A stretch of DNA of 64,000 nt from Hamiltosporidium tvaerminnensis FI-OER-3-3 (taxonomy: Eukaryota; Fungi; Microsporidia). A program made the translations under genes and the position numbers. The stretch is from the NCBI GenBank assembly GCA_022605425.2, contig CM061252.1, positions 434,001 through 498,000 on the forward strand, in the 5' to 3' direction. Below the pieces are notes generated by a model. That model searched no databases, was not told where the DNA came from, and saw nothing but the letters and a program-made list of their open reading frames with translations. This document shows positions 12,701-24,853 of the stretch, one piece after another (the first letter of the stretch is position 1; each line of letters opens with the position of its first letter).

Positions 12701-15700
12701 TTTTTTAGCAAATACCAGCTTATTTTGCGAATATACACCCAAATTTAAACAAGCACGACGTTTATGTGTATGTTGAGGATTGAGACATAGCAACATAATA
12801 TTTTATTCACATATTTCTTGTGCTTTATCTTTAGTTTTGATATAGTCGCTTTTTTTGTAAAAATTCTCATAACCATATTTTTTTTGAACTAAAGATATTG
12901 ATGCAAGCTTCACCCGCACCTCATATATTATTTACGCAGGCTTAAATTGAGATGTACCTCAAAGTAAGAAACTCTCCTCTAGATACTTAGAAAAACGCAA
13001 TATACGATATATGATTTAGTATGGCTTTTGTGTTTTCATTTATTTTAAACTTTTCATTCTGTGACAAAATAAATGTATTGTAACATCAATGCAAAATAAT
13101 GTAATGTATGAAAAAAATTAGAAAGAAAGTAGTGAATGAAAGTTTTTTAATCCGAAAAATATAAAACAACGAATATATAATTGAAATACCGCAATCAAAT
13201 TGATCATTATTATCGAATTTGAATGAAATTTACGTGCACAAAACCTTATAAGAATTTTCAGCTAACCGAAAGTATTTCATGATCAGTTAAATATTTTTGG
13301 CTTTTTTTTGGTATCTTTGGGGTCGTGCAGACTGCAATCTGATAGCGGTTGGTTTTAAGAATTCATCACTTTGAACATTCTTCATTAGACTAATATTCGT
13401 ATTTTACATAGAATACCAAGCCATAAAAAATTGCTTTATTAGGTTCAAGTTAGAATCAAGCAATAAAATTATTTTTGACGAAAATATTTCACAACGATAA
13501 GAAAACAATGGTTCGTATATTCTAAGATTTCTCTGTGCTTATAACAAAGTATTACATAATGTAAATAATAATTCAAGATCAATACCTTTATTTAGACAGC
13601 CGGATTTGATAATTTCCTTACAGAAGCATAATTTATATGAAAATGCGGTTCTGATGGTATATTATTGAAGTAGGCTTTTTGGGTTTTTTAGTGAAAGAGC
13701 TAATAATTCACGTAAAATTTAAAGCTAGCATAATCTAAAGAACTAATTGATAAACCAGAAACATCTACAACTATCATAATGATTAATGATATCTTAAAGC
13801 TTAGAAAATTTGCTGCAGAAGTAACGTTTAAATTTTTGAAATTGTAGGAGAATATTGGAACGAAATGAGAATTGTTTTTTATGTTCTATATTTTTTTGAA
13901 ATTCAGTCTTTTTGAAAAAAACCTTGACTTATATAAAATTAGAAATAGCCATATTTGACTCTTTTGTCCAAATTGAATTTTTATCTCTGAGAATTTTTAT
14001 GAATACCGAGATTTAAAATAGAAATATGTAAATAAATATTAAAATTTTTGTTTATTGTATAATAAATTAAATTTAGATTTATTCTTTCACTACGATATGT
14101 ATTTGCCCAGTTTTTTTTTAGTGTTGAGTTATTGGTACAGAATTTTAAAGGTTTTTTTGAGTTTGTAATTATAATATAAAAACTACTCCAGCGTTTTAAA
14201 ATACCTACTATATATTACGAGAAAGTTATATTTTTTCAAATTTCGGTGGGTTTTAAGGTAGAGTATGAAAATTTTACATGCTATAAAAAATATAAGAACA
14301 TAAAAGCGCTAAATTCTTAAATCTCCGGAAAGCTTTTTACAAATATGAAGCCTTTTTAAATAATACAAGTGCAATCATTGCTTCCTATTGATACTCTCCA
14401 TTTATTATAGGCAAAATGTCTCTTCATTGGTGCTAGTTCTATTAAAGCAAAATATTGGTTTGCTAAACTATTAAAATAAGTTATATAAGAAATAAATAAC
14501 AAAAATATACTAATTTAAAACCAAACTTATAGATTCTATTTTTATTTGCTATGGTTTGAAACAACGTCACTTAAACTTAATTTATTGTATGAAGAGTGAA
14601 TTCTGATGCTGTGCATTGATTATTATAGGTATCAAATCAAAATCGATATAGAAATTACCATATTTCAGTTTCCTTATATGTATATAAATATTCATTGATT
14701 TGACACCAAACTTCAAATCAAAAACCAGAAATGAAATCATTATGACCACATTGCTTGGGCTTTCTTGCCTTAAAAATACAAAATAAATATTTTGAAACAA
14801 ATTTTATAATTTAAATCATAAGGTTCTGCATACTCTAAAGCAGGCCGCAAATATATGCTTCTGGGAGTTTTTTATTTTCTGTAAATATGCAAAGGTATAT
14901 AACCCAGAAAAGTAGCAATTCTCGGTGTCAAAATTCCAATAAAATACATCTCGAATTGATAAAAAGATCTTTGAAAGTAAAATATATTAGGAAGACAAAG
15001 AAACTAAAAAAGGTAATTGATGTTGTAACCAGTTAAATTATATATAAAATAAACAAAACGCGGGTTATAATAAAGAACTATAAGGCAAGAAAGATTTGCC
15101 TTTTTATGTAGCGACTCTTAACAATGACCAAAGTAATTGAATATCTGTCTACTTGGGGAAGAAGGGGTCTGATGTAGCTAGAAAGAAATTTTTTCTGGTG
15201 ATCAGCAAGAAAAACTCAAAAAATGCCGATAGTAATATAAAATTGTAGATTATTTGACGTTCAACTTTAGGGCTTTAACTGAAATTAAAGAACAAAGCGC
15301 TGAATAAAGTGATTATACTCTCATGTGTAGTTTCTTGAATAGAATATATTTAAATCTTAAAAATATAGCACCTGTCATACATTTATAAATGTTCTTGGAA
15401 AGAGATATGCGAACATAACAGTGGTAACGAAAAAAAAATATATCGAAATACGGAATAGTAGACCCGAGATATTTATTTTGGATACAAGCATGAAATAAGA
15501 TTGAATTCATCCGTGTGAGAATTATTTCCCAGAATTCACTACAAATGCAGTAAACTGACAAACTAAAAAATATAATTTTTCAGCTAAAGAGTTGGTTCTT
15601 ATGTATGAGTTTATCATTCTGATATTTCCAATATATAACTTTGTGTAATATTTTCACAAAAACAATAAGATCTATCTTAAATACTACAACCGCTTATTGT

Positions 15701-16232
15701 CATAAAGACGTTTATTCGAGCGATGAAGCTCAAAAAGATAGTTTGAACGTTTTTTGATTTATGAAAAGAACTGCATTAAACCAAATACCGAATTATGTTG
15801 TGGATGTACTCAAAGAGGTGATATATCGAAACAAAATACACCCGGAGCAAATAATCACCGTCCACAATCAAGTAAAAAGTAAAAGTGCCTAAAAAGTAAT
15901 TAAAAACCATTTTACTTCTTTTTTTATTGTAGTAACCACATTGATGAATCCAAAAATTATCATAGATATATATTCGATCTGAAGAGCTAAATAAAGTGAT
16001 TTGAACAGTAAAAAAATATATAAGAGTGACGGATATGTTCATACCCGAAGCTAATTAAATGAATAGCGGTATTAAGAAATAAAATAGATTTTATATATTA
16101 AAATTACTTTCAGTTTTCAAACTTTGAGTATATATTTAAGACATAATCGTAGAAAAAGAAAAACAATTTTTAAAAAAATTAATAGAAATACAATTTTAAG
16201 AAAATGATTTTGAAATTTATTTTAGTTGCAAA

Positions 16233-18641
16233 TTAAATATTTCGGTCCAAAATATTTTTTAAACTATCAAAAGGATTTTCATCCTTTTGTTTCTTTACGT
16301 CTTCTTTTTCATTTTTACTCATTTTTTCTTTGTCCTTATCATCAACACTCTTGTTTTTGTTATTTTTAGTTTTATTAAGGTTCTTACACTTTTTGTCCGA
16401 AACATCATTCTTAGATTTATTGTTAGGTTTCTTTTTGTTGTTAGTTTTTTTATTTTCTATTTTTGATTTGAGTATTTTCTCATCTTTTATATCATTTTTA
16501 TTGGAAGTGGCAGTACTTTGAGGAATATCTTTTAAGTTTTTATTTTGTATTTTATCAGTTGAAATTTCTTTTTTATCATCGGAATCGGCAAATATTAAAT
16601 GATTGTTTTTGAATTTACTATTTTTAGGGGCTGTGGGTTGTTTTCTTGTGGAGTTCTGACTGACAGTCGATTTTTTAGGATCAACGGTAGAAATTTTATT
16701 ATTTTTTACTTTTGAATTTTTATAGATGTTGCTGTTTTGATCGGTAACTTTATCGTGTTTGCTTTTGTCGGAATTATTTATTGTGTTTGAAGGTGACTTA
16801 TTAACTGGCAAAGTTTCAGATGAAATATTTTTACTTGATTTTTGGGTGTTTAAATTGTCTTTGGAACTAACCGGATTCGGTTTCTTGGGCTTTTCTTTGG
16901 TGTTTTTAGTGCCGTTTTTCTTTTCTTTTTTAGAAACTCGATTTGCTGATGATAAAGCCGATTCATTCTGAATTTCTGTTTCGATTGACTGTTCATTTAT
17001 ATTTAAACCCGCTATTACTTCAGAAAAATTAGACTTTTTAACATCCAAAGACATTTGTTGTGTAGACTCATTCATATTTAAAGAATAATTATTTTGACTT
17101 GTTAAATCATCATTTGAGATTTTAAAAGTATTTAATTCTTTATCTAAATTGCCATCAAGGTTACTCGAATTGATTGAAAAATCCTCATCTGATTTAATAT
17201 TATTACAATCTCGATTCTGACTATCCTGTAAATCAAAACACGTCTTTTTTGTTTCTGGTCCGAAATTGTTAGAAGAATCTGAAATTTTGGTTTTTGAATT
17301 CATAAATTCTTTGGTTTCTAAATCAGTATTTTCATTGGTTTTTAAAGATTTGAGTTTATCGATATCAAATCCACTCTTTTTTTCTTTTATTGTAAGTAAG
17401 AAATCGCTTATATGAATTCGAACTAAAGGACTTATTCTATCAAAACATGAGAAAAATTGCTCGATATTGCTTGGCTTATTAACCACAACATTTTGCACCT
17501 GCTCATCGGTCATAACGAATTGAAGTGATTCATCTTCCGATTTCGCAATAAAATACCTGAGTTTTAATATTTTTCCAAGTAATTCACCATCGTTATAAAA
17601 ATTATATTTTCTAGAAAATATTCTTGCAAGTTCTTTCTCATCGATTTCCGAAATACCAGTTTTTATTGGTGTTAAATTATTTATAGTGGCCATATCAATC
17701 CCTTCTTCTGTAATCGGTGTTATTCTAAAGGAACTACGACCTTCACAATCGTTTTCTGATAAATCTTCTTTGATCTTAATTATTGAATTAAATATTTTTT
17801 CAAAGGCAAAATCATATAATTCTTCTGTAAGTGGATTTATTCGCCAATCAACAATGACTGATCGATAATTATTGTCTTTTTCTAAATTATAAACACATCC
17901 CATTTCCAAATTAAAATCTCTTTTTAAAATTTCAAGACAATTTGTATTTGGAACTATTTTTTTAATAGAACAATTTAAAAAAGACAATTTAGGTATTTCA
18001 TACTGCAAAGTCACTGCATCAATTATAAATGAATGACTTGGAGATAATAAAAGCAAATAAGTTGTATAACCACGAAAAGATCTAAATGTATGCTGTTTTA
18101 CATCGACACATATAATTTTCTCTGATTTAATAGCTTCTTCTATAAAAGAAATTTGAGCAGATGAATTTATGAAAATCGGTGTATAATTTACATGAAGAAA
18201 TTCTGTTGTAGGAACAAATTGTTTACCTTTTGATTTAGAAAACCAGGTTTTAAAATAGAAGTTATTTTCAAGTTCAAGAAAATCGCTCTTTTTCAATAAA
18301 TGAGTACAATTCAAATTTAAAATGGGAAATTCAACATTTAAAGGCTTAGCATTTCCATCACCGAAATAGAAAATAACTTTCTTGTCTTTAATTATTTTAA
18401 TAATTTTTGAGTGAACCGGCTGTTTATTTAAATTACATAAAATATGATCGATTCTTGCTGTCGTTTTATCAAAAAAATTTTCATCGAATTTATTTAAAAG
18501 TTCGCTTATTTTTGTAATTGATTCTGCGATGGAATTATTTTCGTTTAATGATGAATCATTCATTTGATATCGATTTGTTCTGGCTATTGTACTGTTTACA
18601 GCTCTTATTAGTTCTGTACATTTTTCTAGTATTTCTTTCAT
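16233..18641 (-). CDS. Rrp6/EXOSC10-like protein (RNase D-type exonuclease fold plus HRDC) with a long Lys/Asn/Ser-rich tail; catalytic residues degenerate
   Basis: 802-aa ORF with ICVDVKQHTFRSFRG (cf. IAVDLEHHDYRSYYG), LKRDF, DWRINPLTEEL (cf. DWRIRPL) and HRDC-like LRYFIAKSEDESLQFVMTD. A CCCC motif lies upstream of the ATG. Confidence 0.8.
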   Translation of the reverse strand: MKEILEKCTELIRAVNSTIARTNRYQMNDSSLNENNSIAESITKISELLNKFDENFFDKTTARIDHILCNLNKQPVHSKIIKIIKDKKVIFYFGDGNAKPLNVEFPILNLNCTHLLKKSDFLELENNFYFKTWFSKSKGKQFVPTTEFLHVNYTPIFINSSAQISFIEEAIKSEKIICVDVKQHTFRSFRGYTTYLLLLSPSHSFIIDAVTLQYEIPKLSFLNCSIKKIVPNTNCLEILKRDFNLEMGCVYNLEKDNNYRSVIVDWRINPLTEELYDFAFEKIFNSIIKIKEDLSENDCEGRSSFRITPITEEGIDMATINNLTPIKTGISEIDEKELARIFSRKYNFYNDGELLGKILKLRYFIAKSEDESLQFVMTDEQVQNVVVNKPSNIEQFFSCFDRISPLVRIHISDFLLTIKEKKSGFDIDKLKSLKTNENTDLETKEFMNSKTKISDSSNNFGPETKKTCFDLQDSQNRDCNNIKSDEDFSINSSNLDGNLDKELNTFKISNDDLTSQNNYSLNMNESTQQMSLDVKKSNFSEVIAGLNINEQSIETEIQNESALSSANRVSKKEKKNGTKNTKEKPKKPNPVSSKDNLNTQKSSKNISSETLPVNKSPSNTINNSDKSKHDKVTDQNSNIYKNSKVKNNKISTVDPKKSTVSQNSTRKQPTAPKNSKFKNNHLIFADSDDKKEISTDKIQNKNLKDIPQSTATSNKNDIKDEKILKSKIENKKTNNKKKPNNKSKNDVSDKKCKNLNKTKNNKNKSVDDKDKEKMSKNEKEDVKKQKDENPFDSLKNILDRNI

Positions 18642-19197
18642 ATATATTTGTTAAAAAGGGGAACGAATAATTGTTTCAAATTGTAAGTTTTATTAAAAAT
18701 TTTTTATTTAAAATTTTATTCAATGAAATCAAAAAAATGTTCATAGAAAACTATAAATGTCGATAAGAATAAAGCATATATTCGATAGATAGTATTCAAA
18801 ATACAGCCCAAACAATTTAGTATGATTAATGATTCAGATTGGGTGGAGATAAAACCCTGATTAAGATTAGGAAAATCGTTTTGGAATGCTATACACGGAG
18901 CAGAGATACATGAAACCCTACTTATTAAGTTAAAAGTCACAATGAAGCAAATATTAAACAAGTATAAAATATCGGTATTGTAATTATTTTTAAGAAATTA
19001 TAACTTAAACGATTGGCGCACAATATAAAAAACATTCATTTCACTGGTCGAGTCAAATCAAACGATTTACGAAGAAGAAGTATGAAACCGACAATTATAA
19101 GAGATAAATGACCCGTTACAATAAAATTTTTTGCATTTTAAAATCAAATCAAAATAAATGAAGAATTTCGTTTGAGATATATAAACACGAATTTTGA

Positions 19198-19941
19198 ATT
19201 TATTTAAAATACTTTATTTAAAAGTATCACATCTTTTTTTAAAACAGTGGCAAGTGTTATATTTGTTTTCATGACATTAACGCAGTTCTAGGTTTAACAT
19301 AAATAACTGCTACCCCAAAACTCCATCAGTAACCCCTGCGATACCTACGTCCCAAAGCCTTTCATCTACCAGGTGTGTAGAACCAATTACTAGGCGAGGC
19401 AGTTGCCCGGTGTTCGTTAATGTCCGTTGCATGGAGTGTGATCGAAGGCCGAAGTCCCCCCTGGGCTCCCCCAAGACTATGCAGCATTCCCACTTACTCT
19501 ACACTTTCTGAACCCAATAAACTTCTAGCTAAGATATATTTCAGAGATTCACATGGGGTCTACCTAGACAGTGCAATGTCATACCAACAGGTATAACCTG
19601 CTACTTAGCTCACCCGGCTTTAAATGGTTTTTTGTTTTGTATCTCCCAGGAACTAAGTCTTCTAACCCGAGTGAGCAAGGCTAGGTTTCCATGCTTTTAC
19701 ATGGCGATTACCTACATGTTCAGCTGCGGTCAGCAATCTGGTTACATAAAAAACTACAAATAAATTTGTAGAAAAAGTTTCTCCATTTCTTAGACCTCTT
19801 CTCCTCATAACAACTCCCATTGAACAACCGAAGATGTAGTGTGGTTTTATTCCCACCAAAAATCCAAACAATGATCTCACACCAGTTTCACACACTCATT
19901 GCCAAGCAGAAAGTTTTTTATGTGGTTATCCTCCCTCCACT
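19198..19941 (-). mobile_element. ~740-bp non-coding retroposon, copy A
   Basis: Close match to 43528-44271, 47115-47845 and 50311-51042. Flanked by the 11-bp direct repeat ACGAATTTTGA (19187-19197 and 19942-19952). The minus strand ends in TTTTAAATAAAGT-ATTTTAAATAAAT. Confidence 0.88.
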
Positions 19942-20404
19942 ACGAATTTTGATAATTATGATTAATAAATATTTAGAAAATTTTAGAGAATCAGATCTCG
20001 CATAAGATACTATTTGAAATTTTTATCAATTAAAAATGTAACAGAATTTGTGAATTAAATGCCAATTTCTATTTACTATATATATTTGAAAAAAGTAAAA
20101 AATAACATTTTTTGCGTTTATGATTTTCCTTCAAAACCATAAATGGCTTTTTTTGTGTTTGTTTTCGTGATTGATGGTGGATTATCATTCTACAAAAATA
20201 GTCGATTTAGAGTGCAAGTTACACCACGATTCGAAATAATTTAAATTTTTAAATTATATTATGATAATTTTTCTATTTTACATGGATGATGCAATTAACG
20301 AACTAAATTTTGTCTCCTGTGATTGTATTTCGATTCAATTAAAATAATTTTGAAAAATGTTATTTATTGCTCTTTAGATGGGAAATTGAGCACTTGTCAT
20401 TTTT

Positions 20405-20800
20405 GTTTGTTCCATGGGATTTGTATGAGGAGAAGCAAGCCTAAGCAATGGCGAAAAAATTCTAAAAATCCATTTTGTAGTTTTTTATGTAACCGGATGG
20501 TAGAAAGCGGTTGAACTTGTAGGTAATTGCCATGTGAAAACATGGAAAGCCTGGCTTGCTCACTCGGGCTAGAAGATATATTGCTTGAGTGATCTAAAAA
20601 GACACACCCCTTAAAAATTCAGGAAGTCTTTGTAGCAGGTTATATTCTTTAGTATGGCATTGCAACCCCCAGATAGATTCTGAAAGTCGCCGGGATATGC
20701 TCTGGTTGGGTCTTTGCTTGCCCGGGCCTTGTAGAGTAAATAAGGATAAACATGTCTCGAGGGGCCCAAGTAAAGTGATTTTCGGCCTGCGACTATGTGT
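20405..20800 (+). mobile_element. Diverged partial copy (E) of the ~740-bp element
   Basis: Shares colinear blocks TATGAGGAGAAG, TTGTAGTTTTTTATGTAACC, TGTAGGTAATTGCCATGT, CTTGCTCACTCGGG, GTAGCAGGTTATA, TGTAGAGTAA and TTCGGCCT with the family. The ends are approximate. Confidence 0.8.
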
Positions 20801-21329
20801 CTTAAACCGAAAATTGATTAATACTAGCAAATAATTCGACATTTCATAAGTCCTGCGAATTCTTTAAATAAAAAACGTTGGTTTGTGTTTATCTTTGGGA
20901 TATCTATGGCTTATTAGGAGATCCTTTGCCTATATAAAACCTTGAACTGGGATATACTATGGAAATAATAAACATTTGCTTGCTTTTTACTAAATGATTC
21001 GAAAGTTATTAAATAAAAAAAATATACATCATCTTATGCGATATATATATTCTATTTTCTTTTATGAAAGATGAATTTCCTTGAATTTAAAGTTTGAATT
21101 TGACAGCTTTTTACTGTGAGTTTTCACATATTTATACATTTTCATAGTTTGATTTCCCTATCAATTTACATATCTTCTTTAAGTTGGAGTGTTGAAAAAA
21201 AGCTATAAACCTTTTTATTTTGTTATGGTGATTCGAAGATCATTTTTATAGAAGCATTCCTATGGTTAGTATATAGATTAGTAAAGGAATTTATTGTGCT
21301 AATTCTTTTATAGAATTTTTTATTTTATA

Positions 21330-21900
21330 TTTATTTATTCATTTTATTATAACTTGAAATCTTTTTCTACGTTTTTATATATGTTCCTTTTGTACCTAAA
21401 AGCACTTTAACTTCACATTCTAATTCTTACACTTAGTTTAATCTCTTTTCGGTTCCTCTAAGATGGTCTCGATTCAATCAATATAAGGAGTGATGGTACA
21501 TCTTGGTTCAAATATATAATACTATCTTGCTCGTTACTTGCTTGTTTTAAAAAATTATGCCTTCCTCGTGTACCTGGGCTTATTTAATAACCCCCATGGA
21601 CATTCTCTTTTGAGTTGCTAGGGTATTTAGCTCTGATCCGACTCCTCTTTCTCTATCAAATGAAATTGTTTCTATAATCCTCCTGTGTACAGTAACTGGT
21701 ATGAATCATTATACTCATGAGTATTTTAAGGTCAATAAGATACATCTTATAATATTTTGTCACAATTATTTCCCATATTATTAGATAGAAACTATCGGAG
21801 CATCTAACGTATAAGGAAACTCAACTTATTGGTTGGTAAGTCATACATTCTAAGTTCTTTGTTTCAAATATTTTACCAAATTATGGTATGTATTTCAAAC
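21330..21900 (-). mobile_element. Degraded 3' fragment of the R4/Dong-like LINE family
   Basis: The minus strand contains TTGAAACAAAGAACTTAGAATGTATGACTTA, ATTGTGACAAAATATTATAAG and GAAACAATTTCATTTGAT (ETISFD), colinear with 34727-34950. Confidence 0.75.
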
Positions 21901-22837
21901 TTAAATATCCGGTATTCTATTTTTACACTTATCTAAAAAATTTATCAAGCCTATAATTGTAATAATCAAAATAATTTGATAAAATAATATTTTTTTTATG
22001 TTGTTCTAATTTTCTATATTTAAATTATTGATAAAACGAACGCGGTGATTATTATAAAACCACAAGTCTTTCAGGCCACTTAAAACCAGAACTGAAGGTA
22101 TTTAAATATTTTATGACACCTCTTTTTATAATTAAAACATTCCAAATCATAGATTTTATTAAACAAAAAAGTCATTGTAGATTTTCCAAAAAAGTTTTCT
22201 TAAACACAAATAATCGGAATAAATTTGTCTTTATTCATTTTGAATATCTAAGTGAAAGTTTTTACATTCCATAATCAATTTGCGTTTTTTTACTGCTTGA
22301 GATATTCATCATTTATTAATTTATTAATGAAGATATAAATACCAAAAAGAATTATGATAATTCAAAAATATTTAATTTATAAATTCGTTGGTTTTTGACT
22401 GATAGTCTGCAAATGGATTATATTAAAACCTATAAAATTATCAATATTTTTAATATTCTTTTGAACTTGGCAAACAAATTGATAATCTCATATAGTAAAT
22501 ATATTGTTTAAAGATTGTATTTTCAGAATTAAATTTTATATCATATATATTTGTAAATAGATAATTATAATAATTGTAGTTTTATTAGGTTATATCAAAG
22601 AAATTATATTATGGTTTGTGTTTGGTGATTTAACTGATTACAAAATTTTTTAATTTATTTTTTTCGTATTTCCAACTTTTGTGATTTTTGAATTTAAGAA
22701 ATTGATAAGAGATCAAAGATATAAAAAAAAATCTTTAATTCATAAAAATATGTAAAAATAGTGTGGTTAATAAATTTGATGTGTATTGTTTCTTTATAAT
22801 CGTAGATAAGCAATAATTATAGAATATTTGAAATTCT

Positions 22838-22897
22838 ATAAACCACAGTATTTTTTTTATATTTTTATAAACCACAGTATTTTTTTTATATTTTTAT
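22838..22897. repeat. ~29-bp tandem duplication
   Basis: TATAAACCACAGTATTTTTTTTATATTTT occurs twice in tandem, about 300 bp upstream of the 23204 gene. Confidence 0.75.
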
Positions 22898-23203
22898 ATT
22901 TTTATAAATTGTATAATTTAAGATTTCTCTATAATTATTTAAGCGCCGGGCTAAGCAAAAACTTAAAATATTAAAATGTTATGTTAAAAAAAAGGTTTTG
23001 AGTTATGAATCATCATTGGGTTTTATTTTTTAGTTAACGAGCGGAAAAAAATAATATAATAAGAAAAATTATAAATAAAGTAAATTACGGCGGATTATAA
23101 TTACCAAAATAGGAAAAATCCTTCTAAAAAAACGAAAACAATTAACTATAATAGAAAATCTAATCACAAGAAAAATTTATATTTTTTCGTTTATTTATCC
23201 CAT

Positions 23204-24853
23204 ATGAAAGGAATAGTGTTCATAATAGGTTTACTATCTTTGATGATATCTTATACAAATTGTATTTCGAATATTAATGTCAGTTGGATTACGATGCATC
23301 TGATGGGTAGAATTGTTTACGGAGCGATGAAGAAAGGAAGTGAACTAACGAAGGAATGGGAAGAAGATTTAAAAAATTCTGTGAATGAAGCTTTCAATAG
23401 AATGTGTATTGGTAGTATTCCCGTAAACCCATCCAGGCAACCGAAAACTAAAAATTTTCGTTTTATTACTACGAATTCTATGCAAGATTTGTTTGATTTT
23501 TATTTTATTGTTGAACCCGGATTTAGACTTGTTAAAGAATCCATCTTTGATACAATTGATTTTCTCAATGCCGATAAGTTTATTGAAGATGTCAATAAAC
23601 AAACCAAAGAGTATTTATTAAAGGAAAAGATAAAAAGAGACGAATTTGTCGATAAAGTAATTTCTAAGTTTAGCTCGCTAGTAATGGAAAAGTTGAAATG
23701 TTTATTAGAAAATAAATTTTCTAAAGCTAAAAAATGTGACGACAACAATTCCATGATTTTGAATGATGGTTACAAGGTTCTGGCTCAAGAAATGAACGAG
23801 TTATGTGATAAATTTAAAGATAAAAATAAGGAGGAATTAGCTAAAGCAGTTGAAGATAATACAAAAGAGGAAATTGTTCTAAATATACTTGAAGTTATAA
23901 AATCTAAGTTTTTTTTATTAGATTGTGGGGAAATTTTTATTCCTAAATTCTATAAGCATTTATATATAAAATCCAATCGAGACTTATGTTTTAAATTTTT
24001 TGGAAAAACAAAGGATGAATGCATAGCTGAAGAGAAAGAAAAAAACAATGTTTATAAAAGATTACAATCTATGAGACAAAAATTGGAATATAATGATAAT
24101 CTTGATAATATTTTTGTACCATTTTCTAACGAAGATGCATCTTCACAGTATATCCAAATATTTTCCTCATTTTGCTCAAGAACAGCAGAAATTCGTACAT
24201 GTTTAGAAAAAGGAAAGTCAAACCCTACTTTCTTTTTCTCTACGATTCTTTCGGATGAATTAAAAATGTTTCAACCGTTTTTTTTGTTTCCAGGAAGTAT
24301 ATTATATTTCGGCATAGGGTTTTCCGAAAAAATTAAAAGTAATTTTATAGATTATGCGGGTATATTTAATGAAAGTCAAGTAGTTCATATTTCTTTTATC
24401 GATTTGAAGCCTTTTTTGCCCGAGTTTTTATTGAATTATTCTGAACAGTTAATAAATTCTAAGAATAAACATAATTTATGTGAAATCATTAGAAAAGAAT
24501 ACGAATCTATTTCGGATAATACAAAGAAAATAATCGAAAAAACATCTTATAACGGAAATATTTGGGTGGATTTTTTGCACGAGATATACAAGGTTTATGT
24601 GAACTCAGAGTTTTTCAACGGTAAATTGATCATTTACTCCTTTGATATTTCGTTAGATTCTTTCCAAGAAATATATTCCAAATTTTTGAAAGATCTGAAA
24701 AGAAAAACTAAAATATTCTTGATTGATGAAGAAGAAATGGAGAAATGTCGTGACTTCTTTTTGAAATGCATTTTATTTAAAATAAAAAGCATGACTGATA
24801 CTTTTAACCTTGAAAACCTATTAAGCATTGAGGTTACAACTATTAAAGAGTAG
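23204..24853 (+). CDS. Putative secreted 549-aa lineage-specific protein of a multigene family
   Basis: Long intact ORF with a signal-peptide-like start (MKGIVFIIGLLSLMISYTNC), a paralogue at 8079-9722 and CCC immediately upstream (TATCCCAT-ATG). Confidence 0.88.
   Translation: MKGIVFIIGLLSLMISYTNCISNINVSWITMHLMGRIVYGAMKKGSELTKEWEEDLKNSVNEAFNRMCIGSIPVNPSRQPKTKNFRFITTNSMQDLFDFYFIVEPGFRLVKESIFDTIDFLNADKFIEDVNKQTKEYLLKEKIKRDEFVDKVISKFSSLVMEKLKCLLENKFSKAKKCDDNNSMILNDGYKVLAQEMNELCDKFKDKNKEELAKAVEDNTKEEIVLNILEVIKSKFFLLDCGEIFIPKFYKHLYIKSNRDLCFKFFGKTKDECIAEEKEKNNVYKRLQSMRQKLEYNDNLDNIFVPFSNEDASSQYIQIFSSFCSRTAEIRTCLEKGKSNPTFFFSTILSDELKMFQPFFLFPGSILYFGIGFSEKIKSNFIDYAGIFNESQVVHISFIDLKPFLPEFLLNYSEQLINSKNKHNLCEIIRKEYESISDNTKKIIEKTSYNGNIWVDFLHEIYKVYVNSEFFNGKLIIYSFDISLDSFQEIYSKFLKDLKRKTKIFLIDEEEMEKCRDFFLKCILFKIKSMTDTFNLENLLSIEVTTIKE

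Noticed and set aside
13319-13360. tRNA-Cys-like anticodon arm (CAGACTGCAATCTG)
   Set aside because: No T-arm (GTTCGA), D-arm or acceptor stem could be built.
19662-20005. Short ORFs within the 740-nt element (also 43707-43898, 47759-47989, 20323-20842)
   Set aside because: Starts, stops and frames are not conserved among copies.
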